Below, one piece after another: positions 10,288-19,104 of a DNA stretch of 64,000 bases. Each line of letters opens with the position of its first letter. Within the stretch, counting starts at the first letter, position 1. The stretch is from Candidatus Melainabacteria bacterium 17Bon1m (GTDB lineage: Bacteria > Cyanobacteriota > Vampirovibrionia > Obscuribacterales > Obscuribacteraceae), in assembly GCA_032128875.1 (NCBI GenBank), contig JAVLKG010000002.1, positions 352,001 through 416,000 on the forward strand, read 5' to 3'. The position numbers and the translations under genes were made by a program. Under the pieces are notes generated by a model. The model did no database searches. It had not been told where the DNA came from and saw only the letters and a list, made by a program, of their open reading frames with translations.

Positions 10288-11169
10288 GTGATTCTGATTA
10301 ACAAAGACACGAAAGTCATCGTCCAGGGCGCTACAGGCAAGATGGGTTCTGCCCACACCAAGCGCATGATCGCTTACGGCACCAAGGTTGTCGGCGGCGT
10401 AACCCCTGGCAAAGGCGGCACCAAAATCGAAGGCATTCCGGTGTTCGACACCGTTAAAGAAGCTTTCCAGGCTACCGGCGCCACCACCTCGGTCATCTTC
10501 GTTCCTCCCTTTCTGGCGCTCGATGCCGGTTCGGAAGCACTCGATGCCGGTGCCGAATTGATCGTTCTCATCACCGAAGGCATTCCTCCGCAAGATGCCG
10601 CCAAGCTCGTCGCTCAGGTGAAGGCTAAAGGCGCCAAGCTGATCGGACCCAACTGCCCAGGCGTTATCACTCCTGGCGAGTGCTTGATCGGTATCCTCCC
10701 CGGCTCGATCTTCAAATCCGGACCGGTCGGCATGGTCAGCCGTTCTGGAACCCTCACCTACGAAATCGCGCTTGCCTTGACCGAAAGCGGTCTCGGTCAG
10801 TCGACCTGCGTCGGTGTCGGTGGCGACCCGATCAAGGGCATGGGTTACGAAGAAGCTCTCAGCCTCTTCAAAGACGATGCGAAGACCGAAGTGATTGTTC
10901 TCATCGGTGAAATCGGTGGAACCGCTGAAGAAGAAGCAGCTGCCTATATCAAAGCCAACGTGAAGAAGCCGGTAGTGGCTTACATTGCTGGTCAGACCGC
11001 ACCTCCCGGAAAGCGCATGGGTCACGCCGGCGCGATCATCTCGGGCGGAAAGGGCACCGCTCAATCGAAGATCGAAGCCTTCGAAAAGGCTGGAATCAAG
11101 GTAGCGAAGACCCCTTCGGAAGTTGCGAAGTTCGTTGCTGAAGCGACCAAGCAAGTAGCCCGCGCGTAA
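10288..11169 (+). CDS. sucD: succinyl-CoA synthetase alpha subunit
   Basis: GTG start after AAGGAG. Motifs [22 protein letters not shown] and RMGHAGA (phospho-His). Confidence 0.95.
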   Translation: MILINKDTKVIVQGATGKMGSAHTKRMIAYGTKVVGGVTPGKGGTKIEGIPVFDTVKEAFQATGATTSVIFVPPFLALDAGSEALDAGAELIVLITEGIPPQDAAKLVAQVKAKGAKLIGPNCPGVITPGECLIGILPGSIFKSGPVGMVSRSGTLTYEIALALTESGLGQSTCVGVGGDPIKGMGYEEALSLFKDDAKTEVIVLIGEIGGTAEEEAAAYIKANVKKPVVAYIAGQTAPPGKRMGHAGAIISGGKGTAQSKIEAFEKAGIKVAKTPSEVAKFVAEATKQVARA

Positions 11170-11208
11170 TGAATTGAATACGCAGGCTGTGTATACATAG
11201 CCTGTTGC

Positions 11209-11239
11209 AAAAGCGTTCTCCTCCGGGGGGACGCTTTTT
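11209..11239. terminator. intrinsic, probably bidirectional terminator between sucD and vapC
   Basis: AAAAGCGTTCTCC-TCCG-GGGGGACGCTTTTT hairpin with A and T tracts on either side. Confidence 0.8.
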
Positions 11240-11264
11240 CGCGCAGTGTGAATCGTATTTGCCT

Positions 11265-11645
11265 TTAGACAACCATGACGAAGTCGCCATACGAAGACAA
11301 TAATCTGTCGCCAGTGACGAGCTTTGCAGGTTCCAATTTACTTTGAGTGAGGAGCATTCGGTCGAAAGGATCTCGGTGCAGGTGAGGCAATTCGCTCAAT
11401 GCTATGCAATGCTCGACCAAGATGGGAAGCACGTCGAACTGACATTCTTCCACATGATCTTTCAGAGCTGGCAATGAAATTGAGATCTTGCCGAGTGACT
11501 TCTTCACACTTATTTCCCAAAACGATACGGCGCTGACAATTACTCGGTTGTGCGGATCGAGAATCATTTTTGCTACATCGCGGGTGAGGCGTTTATCGTT
11601 TGACATAGCCCAGAGTAAGACATTCGTGTCTAGAAGTAGTTGCAC
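11265..11645 (-). CDS. vapC: PIN-domain toxin (VapC family)
   Basis: LLLDTNVLLW, SAVSFWEI, HRDPFDRML and LVTGD acidic PIN motifs. Confidence 0.92.
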   Translation of the reverse strand: MQLLLDTNVLLWAMSNDKRLTRDVAKMILDPHNRVIVSAVSFWEISVKKSLGKISISLPALKDHVEECQFDVLPILVEHCIALSELPHLHRDPFDRMLLTQSKLEPAKLVTGDRLLSSYGDFVMVV

Positions 11646-11647
11646 TA

Positions 11648-11881
11648 CTATCCTTCGAACTCTTCAATAATTGACTCAGGCAGCGGCGCGTCGAAGTCTG
11701 CCGACATACGAATTTTTCCTTTCATCAGACCTAGTTTTCGACTTGAGGCCCCTTGATTGAATGGCACCAATTTTGCAACTGGTTTTCCGGCTTTGCTGAT
11801 GATGATTTCTTGTCCGTCCAGAACTTTCTCAACCAGCTTGGAGAAATGAGTTTTTGCTTGGTGGATGTTTACTTGTTCCAT
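11648..11881 (-). CDS. Phd/YefM-family antitoxin
   Basis: VNIHQAKTHFSKLV...GKPVAKLVP...DFDAPLP, located 2 bp upstream of the toxin. Confidence 0.92.
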   Translation of the reverse strand: MEQVNIHQAKTHFSKLVEKVLDGQEIIISKAGKPVAKLVPFNQGASSRKLGLMKGKIRMSADFDAPLPESIIEEFEG

Positions 11882-11911
11882 ACGTCACACAAAATTACGC
11901 ACCTACTAGAC

Positions 11912-11929
11912 TAGACTAAGTTTAGTCTA
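11912..11929. promoter_or_regulatory. palindromic operator, probably for TA autoregulation
   Basis: TAGACTAA-GT-TTAGTCTA perfect 8-bp inverted repeat about 30 bp upstream of the antitoxin start. Confidence 0.6.
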
Positions 11930-12260
11930 TCATTTCGTGCCATGTTGGCGCGCTTGGCGTGACAGTGTGCTTTTCGCGCGTTGCGGGTGGAAAGTGAGCC
12001 TTGGCTTGTTAAATCCTTCGACTTCTTCCGATTTTCAAGCTTTGCCCTTTGCCCCTGCCAGGATCGCTAAGGCAGATAACATAAGCTCTCACTTTTATAT
12101 CTCTTGGGAAAAGGGCACATATTAAATGGTGATCTGATCAAAAAAGTGTTTGACGGTCCGTTTAACGTCGCACTCTCGGTCTAAAATGTCAGAAGAGAGT
12201 CGGTAGAGAAACCGAATCAAGAATTCGAAGATTTCCAAACCAAGCTAACTGGAGACCTGC

Positions 12261-13211
12261 ATGGACAACGGAGACCGCACCCAAACTACGCCGGTGACCA
12301 AACCGAAAAGAGCGCTCGTGCTACCCGGCGGTGGCGGACGAGGTGCCTACCAGGTCGGTGTCGTAAAGGCGCTGTACGAAAAGGGTCTCAAATTCGACAT
12401 GGCTTTCGGCACATCTATCGGCGGCATTAATGCTGCTATCGTTGCCCAGGGCGGTATCGAGCGTCTGGAAGAACTCTGGTGCCAGATTCGCGCCAATGAT
12501 ATTTTCAGGCTGCCGTCGCCCCATCAAATGGGTCGTATGCTTCTCGGTCATAAGCTTGGATTGCTGGACAATTCGCCTCTGGAAGAAGTCCTTCGCAAAG
12601 AGGTCAATCTTCCCAAATTGCGCGCGACGAACATGCAAATCGGCTGGTGTGCGACTGATCTTTGCAGTCTTGAAACCAAGCTTTTCATGATGGACGACAT
12701 TATGTCGACCAACGAACTCATTGATGTTTTGATGGCGACATCGGCTATTCCAATGGCTTTCCCGCCTCGTCACATTAATGGGCATGGGCTTTGGGTCGAT
12801 GGCGGTTTGGTTAGAAACACGCCAATGGAAACAGCTATTCAAATGGGCGCTGACGAAGTCTACATGGTGCTTTTGCACCCTGAGAAGATAAACGTCTGCC
12901 CGACCAACATGTTCGAAGTAATCGTTCGCTGCTTAGACATTGTTCTTGATGCTTCTGCCCGCAAAGAGATTCAAACAGCAGAGTTGTACAACCGGCTGGT
13001 TGCCGAGGGCAATATCGAATCCAAAGGCAGAAAGAATGTGGACATCAGGGTCTTTCAACCGAAGCGCGCAGTCAACACGACGCTGCTGGAAATCGATCCG
13101 CATCGCTCGCGTAAGCTGATTACTCAAGGCTACGAGGAAGCGATGGAGATGATGGCTGACTACAAGCCGGGTGAAAAGGATAAAGAAGTAGAAGCATCCC
13201 TTGCTTCTTGA
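12261..13211 (+). CDS. patatin-like phospholipase
   Basis: GGGGRG oxyanion loop, GTSIG nucleophile and DGG catalytic Asp. Confidence 0.9.
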   Translation: MDNGDRTQTTPVTKPKRALVLPGGGGRGAYQVGVVKALYEKGLKFDMAFGTSIGGINAAIVAQGGIERLEELWCQIRANDIFRLPSPHQMGRMLLGHKLGLLDNSPLEEVLRKEVNLPKLRATNMQIGWCATDLCSLETKLFMMDDIMSTNELIDVLMATSAIPMAFPPRHINGHGLWVDGGLVRNTPMETAIQMGADEVYMVLLHPEKINVCPTNMFEVIVRCLDIVLDASARKEIQTAELYNRLVAEGNIESKGRKNVDIRVFQPKRAVNTTLLEIDPHRSRKLITQGYEEAMEMMADYKPGEKDKEVEASLAS

Positions 13212-13381
13212 TGCCAGCGTGACGCATCATAATGATTGCGGTATGGCGAATGTTCCACACGCGGCACCGCAAGTAGTGGCATAGCTTATTGACCAATGAT
13301 TGAGCAAATGAGCCGCTGAAGGATACCTCCCTAGGCGACGATTCCACTGGAGTCTCGGATGGCTACATGCACAGGTCTTTC

Positions 13382-13406
13382 GTAGGGCCGACGCCAAGCG
13401 TCGCCC
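13382..13406. repeat. GTAG-type REP-like palindrome
   Basis: GTAGGGCCGACGC-CAA-GCGTCGCCC in the intergenic gap between convergent genes. Confidence 0.4.
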
Positions 13407-13415
13407 GGTTCAAAA

Positions 13416-13901
13416 CTAATATCCGAAGCCGTTCTTGCGAAGGTGGATCATCGGCTCTTCTTCAGTGAGCTGTTCGCCATCGATTGCTTCAGCAATGAGA
13501 AGTTGGTGATCCGTTGCAGGAGCATAGGACATAACCTTGCAGGTAATGTATGAAACGCTGTTCGCAAGCACCGGATGCTCAGTTCCATCTTTGAGCGCGA
13601 TGCCTTCGAATCTATCCATGCCTTCTTGAAACGGCTTAGCGAAGCTTTTGTACACGTCCATGTTTGCTTTGGACATGACGTTTACAACGAAAGTGTCGCC
13701 CGGTTTTAGAACATCGAGCAAAGGTCTCTTGTTGTTGACCGCAACGACCACGACTGGGGCGTCGAAACCACCCTGCATCACAAAGGTGGAAAGCATTCCA
13801 TCTTTCTTGCCATCCTTGGTGAAACTAACAAGAAAAACGCCTGACGCAATGCGACCGAGTGCTTTTCCCAGACCTTCTTTTTGTGCTGTTTCCGTAGTCA
13901 C
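13416..13901 (-). CDS. flavin reductase-like FMN-binding protein
   Basis: ALGRIASGVFLVS, FVVNVM, DRFEG, DHQLLIA and HLRKNGFGY, resembling the C-terminal domain of cyanobacterial flavodiiron proteins. Confidence 0.8.
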   Translation of the reverse strand: MTTETAQKEGLGKALGRIASGVFLVSFTKDGKKDGMLSTFVMQGGFDAPVVVVAVNNKRPLLDVLKPGDTFVVNVMSKANMDVYKSFAKPFQEGMDRFEGIALKDGTEHPVLANSVSYITCKVMSYAPATDHQLLIAEAIDGEQLTEEEPMIHLRKNGFGY

Positions 13902-14071
13902 CGCCGTCTCTCCTGTCTGATTGATGAACGAACATTATATAAGCCTTTTGCACGGCAATCTGCCGTCCCTTCAGTTTCGATTAACATCTGCGGACCTTTG
14001 GCTTTTGGGGAAAAACGTATGCACAAGCCAGGCGCAATGCGCAATGTTGAAAAGAGGTGTGCGTAGAACCC

Positions 14072-15565
14072 TTAGGAGTTAGGCTCGTTGGAGTCCTTGA
14101 GCGGAGGCTCCTTCAGCCCGGCTGCGACTAATTCTTCATCAACGATTTCGCTTTCAACAACCGGTGCAACTGGTGCTGCTGCCGTTGCAGAATACTTTCC
14201 ATTGGTGGACGAGCCTGTGGCGCTAAGTGACGGTTTTGAACCTACCTTTTTGATCGGTTGTTTCCTTCCGTGGCGCATGTGCCAGAGCATGATTGATTTT
14301 GCCAGTTTGTCGGAATCGTGATGCCCAATGGCTTTTTGACTGAGCAAATTGCGTTTGATAACAACAACACCAAGTTCGCGCAGACGATCATTATCGAGCG
14401 TGACTGGTTTGATGTCGGCAGGTAATTTGCCTTCGAAGTCCGGAGTTTGATCATTGACGAGTACAGCTTCCATCAGCCTGTAGCCTAGATTGCTGGGCGT
14501 TGCTGAATGCGAAAGAATTGCTTCGACGTGATCGCCAACCGAATAACCAGTGGTTTCGCCGAGCTGAGTCAAAACATTGGTGACATAAATCTTGTCAGCA
14601 TTCGAATCACGGATCGCTTGGGGAATGCCTTCAACCAGCAGGTTTGGAATGATTGATGTATAGAGGCTGCCGGGTCCAAGAATGATCAAGTCGGCGGCGT
14701 GAATAGCTTCAATTGCTTCAGGTGTCGCTTTCGGTTTTGCAGGCTTGAGTGAGAGTGTCTTGATGCGTCCGCCTGCTTCAGTGATGTGCGACTCGCCTTC
14801 GACTACCGAGCCATCAGCCATCTCAGCGACGAGCGAGAAGTTTACCAATGTAGATGGCAGCACCTGTCCGCAACTATTCAGAACGCGGCTTGCCACTCTG
14901 GTAGCTTCCAACATGTCACCGTTGGTAATGGCACATACTGCTGTGAGAAAAAGATTTCCAAATGAGTGACCTTCGAGTCCACCCCCTGATTCGAACCTGT
15001 AACGGAAGAGGTCGGTAACCAGACCTTCTTCATCTGCCAGTGCGGTGATGCAGTTTCTCAAATCGCCCGGTGGAAGCACGCCAAGCTCTTGCCTCAAACG
15101 ACCGGACGAACCACCGTCGTCTCCAACGGTGACGATAGCAGTGATGTTATTTGTGAACATCTTTATGCCGCGCAAGAGGTTCGACAGACCAGTGCCGCCG
15201 CCTATCACAACAACGCGCGGACCTTTGGCGAGGTGGCGTTTTCTGTACAAAACATCTGGGATGGATTCGCGTTCGTTAGGTACATACGCACCAACGACCG
15301 AAAGCGTCATTCTATAGATCGCAATACAAACGATAAGGGCGCCACCAATGATAACGACGAATCCGCTTCGTTTGTGGGGAACAAGATCTGCGGCTGTTTC
15401 CAACGTTTCGCGGATAAGCATCGACGTGACATGTACTGGGTGATAACCCAGATAGAGAAATATGCCAACGACTATTACTGCAATGCCAGCCAGAATGATT
15501 AGAATCCAGCGTTTTAAGCCGGGCAACATCATGCGAGCCATGCGTGAGTTTAAAGTTCTGCTCAC
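14072..15565 (-). CDS. yvcK: YvcK/GlmR (UPF0052) family protein with N-terminal membrane segments
   Basis: GGGTGL, DDGGSSGRLR, PPGDLRNC, GHSFGNL and GPGSLYTS motifs, with two N-terminal hydrophobic helices. Confidence 0.9.
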   Translation of the reverse strand: MSRTLNSRMARMMLPGLKRWILIILAGIAVIVVGIFLYLGYHPVHVTSMLIRETLETAADLVPHKRSGFVVIIGGALIVCIAIYRMTLSVVGAYVPNERESIPDVLYRKRHLAKGPRVVVIGGGTGLSNLLRGIKMFTNNITAIVTVGDDGGSSGRLRQELGVLPPGDLRNCITALADEEGLVTDLFRYRFESGGGLEGHSFGNLFLTAVCAITNGDMLEATRVASRVLNSCGQVLPSTLVNFSLVAEMADGSVVEGESHITEAGGRIKTLSLKPAKPKATPEAIEAIHAADLIILGPGSLYTSIIPNLLVEGIPQAIRDSNADKIYVTNVLTQLGETTGYSVGDHVEAILSHSATPSNLGYRLMEAVLVNDQTPDFEGKLPADIKPVTLDNDRLRELGVVVIKRNLLSQKAIGHHDSDKLAKSIMLWHMRHGRKQPIKKVGSKPSLSATGSSTNGKYSATAAAPVAPVVESEIVDEELVAAGLKEPPLKDSNEPNS

Positions 15566-16071
15566 GACGCACCGTCCTTTCCAGCATCTGAATGTCTATG
15601 TCTGACACCATTGGCAGTGACATGGGCTACTTCTTCGAGCTCGCGGTGGCTGACACGCACGTGTGCTTCGGGAATGCCTGCAGCCAGTGATTTGGCTACG
15701 TTTTCGGCAATGGTCGTAGAGCGGTGCTGACCGCCGGTGCATCCGAACGCAATAGTGAAGTGTCTTACTTTTGCATCGGTAAATTGCGGAATGATTTTGA
15801 AACAGAGATCAAGAATTGATGTGAGAAACTCTTGTGCTGGTTCTTGCTCCAAGACGTAGTCCTGAACTGGTTTGTCCAGCCCTGTAAGCGGTCGCAATTC
15901 TTCTACCCAGTATGGATTTTTCAGAAAACGGACGTCAAACACGGCATTGGCGCTGGGTGCGTCGCCCCGTTTGTACCCGAACGACATTACCGTCACTTCA
16001 AGGCGTTCAGTATCAGCGCCGTTGGTGTCGTTATGCTTCATTACTTCCGTTTCCGGCGATTTCCCTCTCAT
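15562..16071 (-). CDS. RapZ C-terminal domain-only protein
   Basis: SFGYKRG, FDVRFLKNPYW, LTGLD, GCTGGQHRS and HREL motifs. No N-terminal P-loop domain. Overlaps yvcK by 4 bp. Confidence 0.85.
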   Translation of the reverse strand: MRGKSPETEVMKHNDTNGADTERLEVTVMSFGYKRGDAPSANAVFDVRFLKNPYWVEELRPLTGLDKPVQDYVLEQEPAQEFLTSILDLCFKIIPQFTDAKVRHFTIAFGCTGGQHRSTTIAENVAKSLAAGIPEAHVRVSHRELEEVAHVTANGVRHRHSDAGKDGAS

Positions 16072-16110
16072 GATTCACCGTGTTTCTCATGCATCTGAAG
16101 TATAGGGCGA

Positions 16111-16506
16111 CTATTGAGTCCTTTGCAAATCGCCCGTATTTGTCTTAATTTCGGGCTTTTCGCTGGTTTCGTACAAAGTGTGCAGCTTTTCCACCCACTG
16201 TGAGGTGTGCTGTGAGCTAAGCATCTTATCTAGACCATATGCAGAGCAAGTCTCTGCGGTCCATCCGTCGGAAAATGTGATGCGGGCGATTGCATGCTTA
16301 CAATACATACAACTTATCTGGCTGCCATTTTGACTTGTCGCCCAAACCGCTTTAGCATCGCCGATTTGCATTCGTGAAAGGTAGGTATCCGGCTTGGACA
16401 TGCCCAATTTCAAGCCGAGCATACGCAGCATGTGTCCGCAGTTTCTCGCCACATCAGCTGGTTGCGCTACCAGTCCTTGGAAGAAGTGTGACGGCTTGAG
16501 AAACAT
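16111..16506 (-). CDS. hypothetical protein (CxxC motif)
   Basis: 131-aa ORF co-oriented between def and the RapZ-CTD gene; contains CMYC. Confidence 0.55.
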   Translation of the reverse strand: MFLKPSHFFQGLVAQPADVARNCGHMLRMLGLKLGMSKPDTYLSRMQIGDAKAVWATSQNGSQISCMYCKHAIARITFSDGWTAETCSAYGLDKMLSSQHTSQWVEKLHTLYETSEKPEIKTNTGDLQRTQ

Positions 16507-16566
16507 AATAAACCTGACTACATGACCAAAGCACGCTGGATTGCCAGCTGTCTAAGCGTGAGCAAT

Positions 16567-17151
16567 TTAACCGACGACCGGCGTGTGGTCCTTGATTTTG
16601 ATGGTCTGTCCGGAATTGGCCAGTTCGCTTTCCAACGCTTCGACGTCGCCAGCAATGAAGCCATTTTTCACCAGCTCTAGATCAGCTGCAATCGGAGAAA
16701 CAGCTTTGTTGATGAACAGTTCGCCATCGAGGTGGTCGATTTCGTGCTGAATGGCGCGGCAGAGCAAGTCGCCCTCAGCTGTCATTTTGACGTCCTTGCC
16801 GGCTAAGTTTTGGTATTTGACGACGATTTTGTGAAAACGTCTGACTTCGAAAAAAACATTGGGGAAGCTCAGGCAGCCTTCCAGACCGACCAGTGAACCT
16901 TCCTTTTCGACAATTTGCGGGTTGATGAAGACAATCGGTTGATTCGGCTCGTCTTCATTGGATACATCGATGACCATAATTCGCTTCGAAACGCCAATCT
17001 GGGGCGCTGCCAGCCCGACTCCATTTTCGTCGTACATGGTCTCAAGCATGTCGTTAGCCAGCTTGCGAACCGAAGAGTCAAAGGTAGTGACCTTCTTAGC
17101 CTTCTGCAATAAAACTTGCTCAGGGTAATACCTCAACCGCAGCTTAGCCAT
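16567..17151 (-). CDS. def: peptide deformylase
   Basis: GVGLAAPQIG, EGCLS and QHEIDHLDG motifs, with a GAGGAGG SD upstream. Confidence 0.96.
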   Translation of the reverse strand: MAKLRLRYYPEQVLLQKAKKVTTFDSSVRKLANDMLETMYDENGVGLAAPQIGVSKRIMVIDVSNEDEPNQPIVFINPQIVEKEGSLVGLEGCLSFPNVFFEVRRFHKIVVKYQNLAGKDVKMTAEGDLLCRAIQHEIDHLDGELFINKAVSPIAADLELVKNGFIAGDVEALESELANSGQTIKIKDHTPVVG

Positions 17152-17333
17152 CTAAAGGTGTCCTCCTCGCTCCCGCCATCGGGGCCTGGTCCGTGAAACC
17201 GTGCCCTATTGGGCGTCTCCAAAGAATATTACCATACACCAGTAAATATTCTTGACTACTTTCTGTCTTGATTCTCGCATGAATTTCGCCCGAAAGACCG
17301 CCGGGAGCCATAGTATTGAGCGTTTTTTGACCT

Positions 17334-17912
17334 TTACTTCATCTGTAGCTTTAGACCGGCGCACATGAGAAAGACTGCATGTGCGGCTTGAGCGACGATT
17401 TGATTGGTTTCTCCAAGCAAATCTCGATAGGACCGGGCCAGTGCATTTTCCGGGACGATGCCAGAGCCCACCTCGTTTGTCACTGCAACGAATTTTATTT
17501 CTGAGCGCTTTTCGACCGCCGACAAAACCTTTTCAATCTCTTCAAGCACCTGCTTGCGTGCTTCTGGAAAGCGCGTCCCTTCACCGTTTGTTTTTAAAAG
17601 GATGTTTGATACCAGCAGAGAAAGGCAATCTATGATGCACGTTTGCTTGTTTTGCGAGAGGGACAAAATGGCAGCGCTTAAATTGAAGGGCGCTTCGACC
17701 GTTGTCCACGTGTCAGGCCTTCTCGAGCGGTGAAGATCAATTCGCATTACAGTTTCTGGGTCATCATGCATCTCTTCCATGGTCGCTAGATATACGACCG
17801 GCATGTTTGATTCTTTGCCAAGCTGCTCTGCAAGCAAAGATTTGCCGGAGCGCGCCCCACCAGTAATCAAAGTCAGATTGCTTAAACCTTGTATTTTTGC
17901 GGTATTAGACAA
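17334..17912 (-). CDS. cobU: adenosylcobinamide kinase / cobinamide-phosphate guanylyltransferase
   Basis: GGARSGKS, RIDLHRSRRP, IDCLSL, VTNEVGSG and YRDLLG motifs. Confidence 0.9.
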   Translation of the reverse strand: MSNTAKIQGLSNLTLITGGARSGKSLLAEQLGKESNMPVVYLATMEEMHDDPETVMRIDLHRSRRPDTWTTVEAPFNLSAAILSLSQNKQTCIIDCLSLLVSNILLKTNGEGTRFPEARKQVLEEIEKVLSAVEKRSEIKFVAVTNEVGSGIVPENALARSYRDLLGETNQIVAQAAHAVFLMCAGLKLQMK

Positions 17913-18046
17913 TTTTTCAAATTCTCCCGGTCAAGCTTTGCTTTGAAACCGCTGACTTTTGTTATCTTTGAGTTGAGCATTTAGTATGCCTGCCCGCTAG
18001 TTTTCTTGTCTATTTTCACTGCTCTTACGTTACAGAAATCCAGATA

Positions 18047-18766
18047 GTGGCCAACAAAAGCCGGACCAGCCGCTCTAATTCAGTCGCAGGCGAAAGCGTC
18101 AATTCTCAACGTGCGCTCAATGAGATGTACCAGCATTTCATGGCTGGATATGTGCGCCGCATTAACGAAGCTACTCTCAATGTCACCATTGGCGGCGTCA
18201 GGATTGGGTCAGCAAAATACACGCGACTGGCTCAAATCAATTTGAAATCACGCATCATTACGTTCTCCCGTCATGCTATCGAAAATGTGCCTGAGCGCGG
18301 GCGGAGATACTTGGTATTGCACGAGTTGTCACATGTGCTGGAGGCAAGCCACAACAAGAAATTCTGGGCTTATGTCGAGCGCTACGAGCCTGAATATCAA
18401 AAGATTGGCAAAGAACTCGATAGAGCGTTTAAGCGCAATGTACGTGCCGACATTGAAACGTTGGCGGCAGAACAGCAACTGAGTGGCATGACCACACAAG
18501 AAAAGCTCGAACAACTTAAGGGCATTGCCACGCCTCGCCTGATGGGAGGTCTGGCCAAGGGCAAGGACAGAGTTCTTGATGTCAACAACGAATCGGTGCT
18601 CATCACGGGGCAGGCCGCACTTGCTCAGTATGAAGCCGATGACGACGATGAATCCTACATCTGCATGGAAGACGAGTTCGGCATGTATGACGAAGGCGGA
18701 ATCGTGACCGGCGGCTCAGCCTTTGGCGGCAACTATGAAGAAATTGACGAATCTGACTTCAGTTGA
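18047..18766 (+). CDS. YgjP/M48-like (DUF45) zinc metallo-hydrolase with acidic tail
   Basis: YLVLHELSHVLEASHNKKFW (HExxH...H..FW) and an Asp/Glu-rich C-terminus. Confidence 0.7.
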   Translation: MANKSRTSRSNSVAGESVNSQRALNEMYQHFMAGYVRRINEATLNVTIGGVRIGSAKYTRLAQINLKSRIITFSRHAIENVPERGRRYLVLHELSHVLEASHNKKFWAYVERYEPEYQKIGKELDRAFKRNVRADIETLAAEQQLSGMTTQEKLEQLKGIATPRLMGGLAKGKDRVLDVNNESVLITGQAALAQYEADDDDESYICMEDEFGMYDEGGIVTGGSAFGGNYEEIDESDFS

Positions 18767-19104
18767 AGGGAGCCGTTTTCAGTGACTGGTTGCAAAGCGC
18801 ACGGTGCAGGGGCGCCAGTGTTAAGCCGCTTGTAAAGGTATAGGCTTGCTATAGGGATGCTTTCAGATGCCCAAAAGCATATCCTGCTGCCAATTTCTGC
18901 CACTTCGACATACTAATTTATTATCAGGAACACTGCTCAAAGCCTCACGGTGGCGTGACAGAAGCGTTAGAATGACGTTGTCTGTCGCCGGAATGGTCCA
19001 GTGAAGTTGGGCATTTTGCTCCTGAATTCACTGAGTCGACAGAGATGGTTCGGTGCGAGTAGCGCAATTAGTCAGCTCGCATAACAAGGAAAATAAATCC
19101 GCCA

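Noticed and set aside
9438-11154. Long antisense ORFs (309 aa and 298 aa) opposite sucC and sucD
   Set aside because: They are shadows of strongly codon-biased genes, show no protein motifs, and fully overlap confident CDS.
16111-16506. Possible split N-terminal half of RapZ
   Set aside because: It has no GxSGxGKS P-loop or other RapZ N-domain motif.
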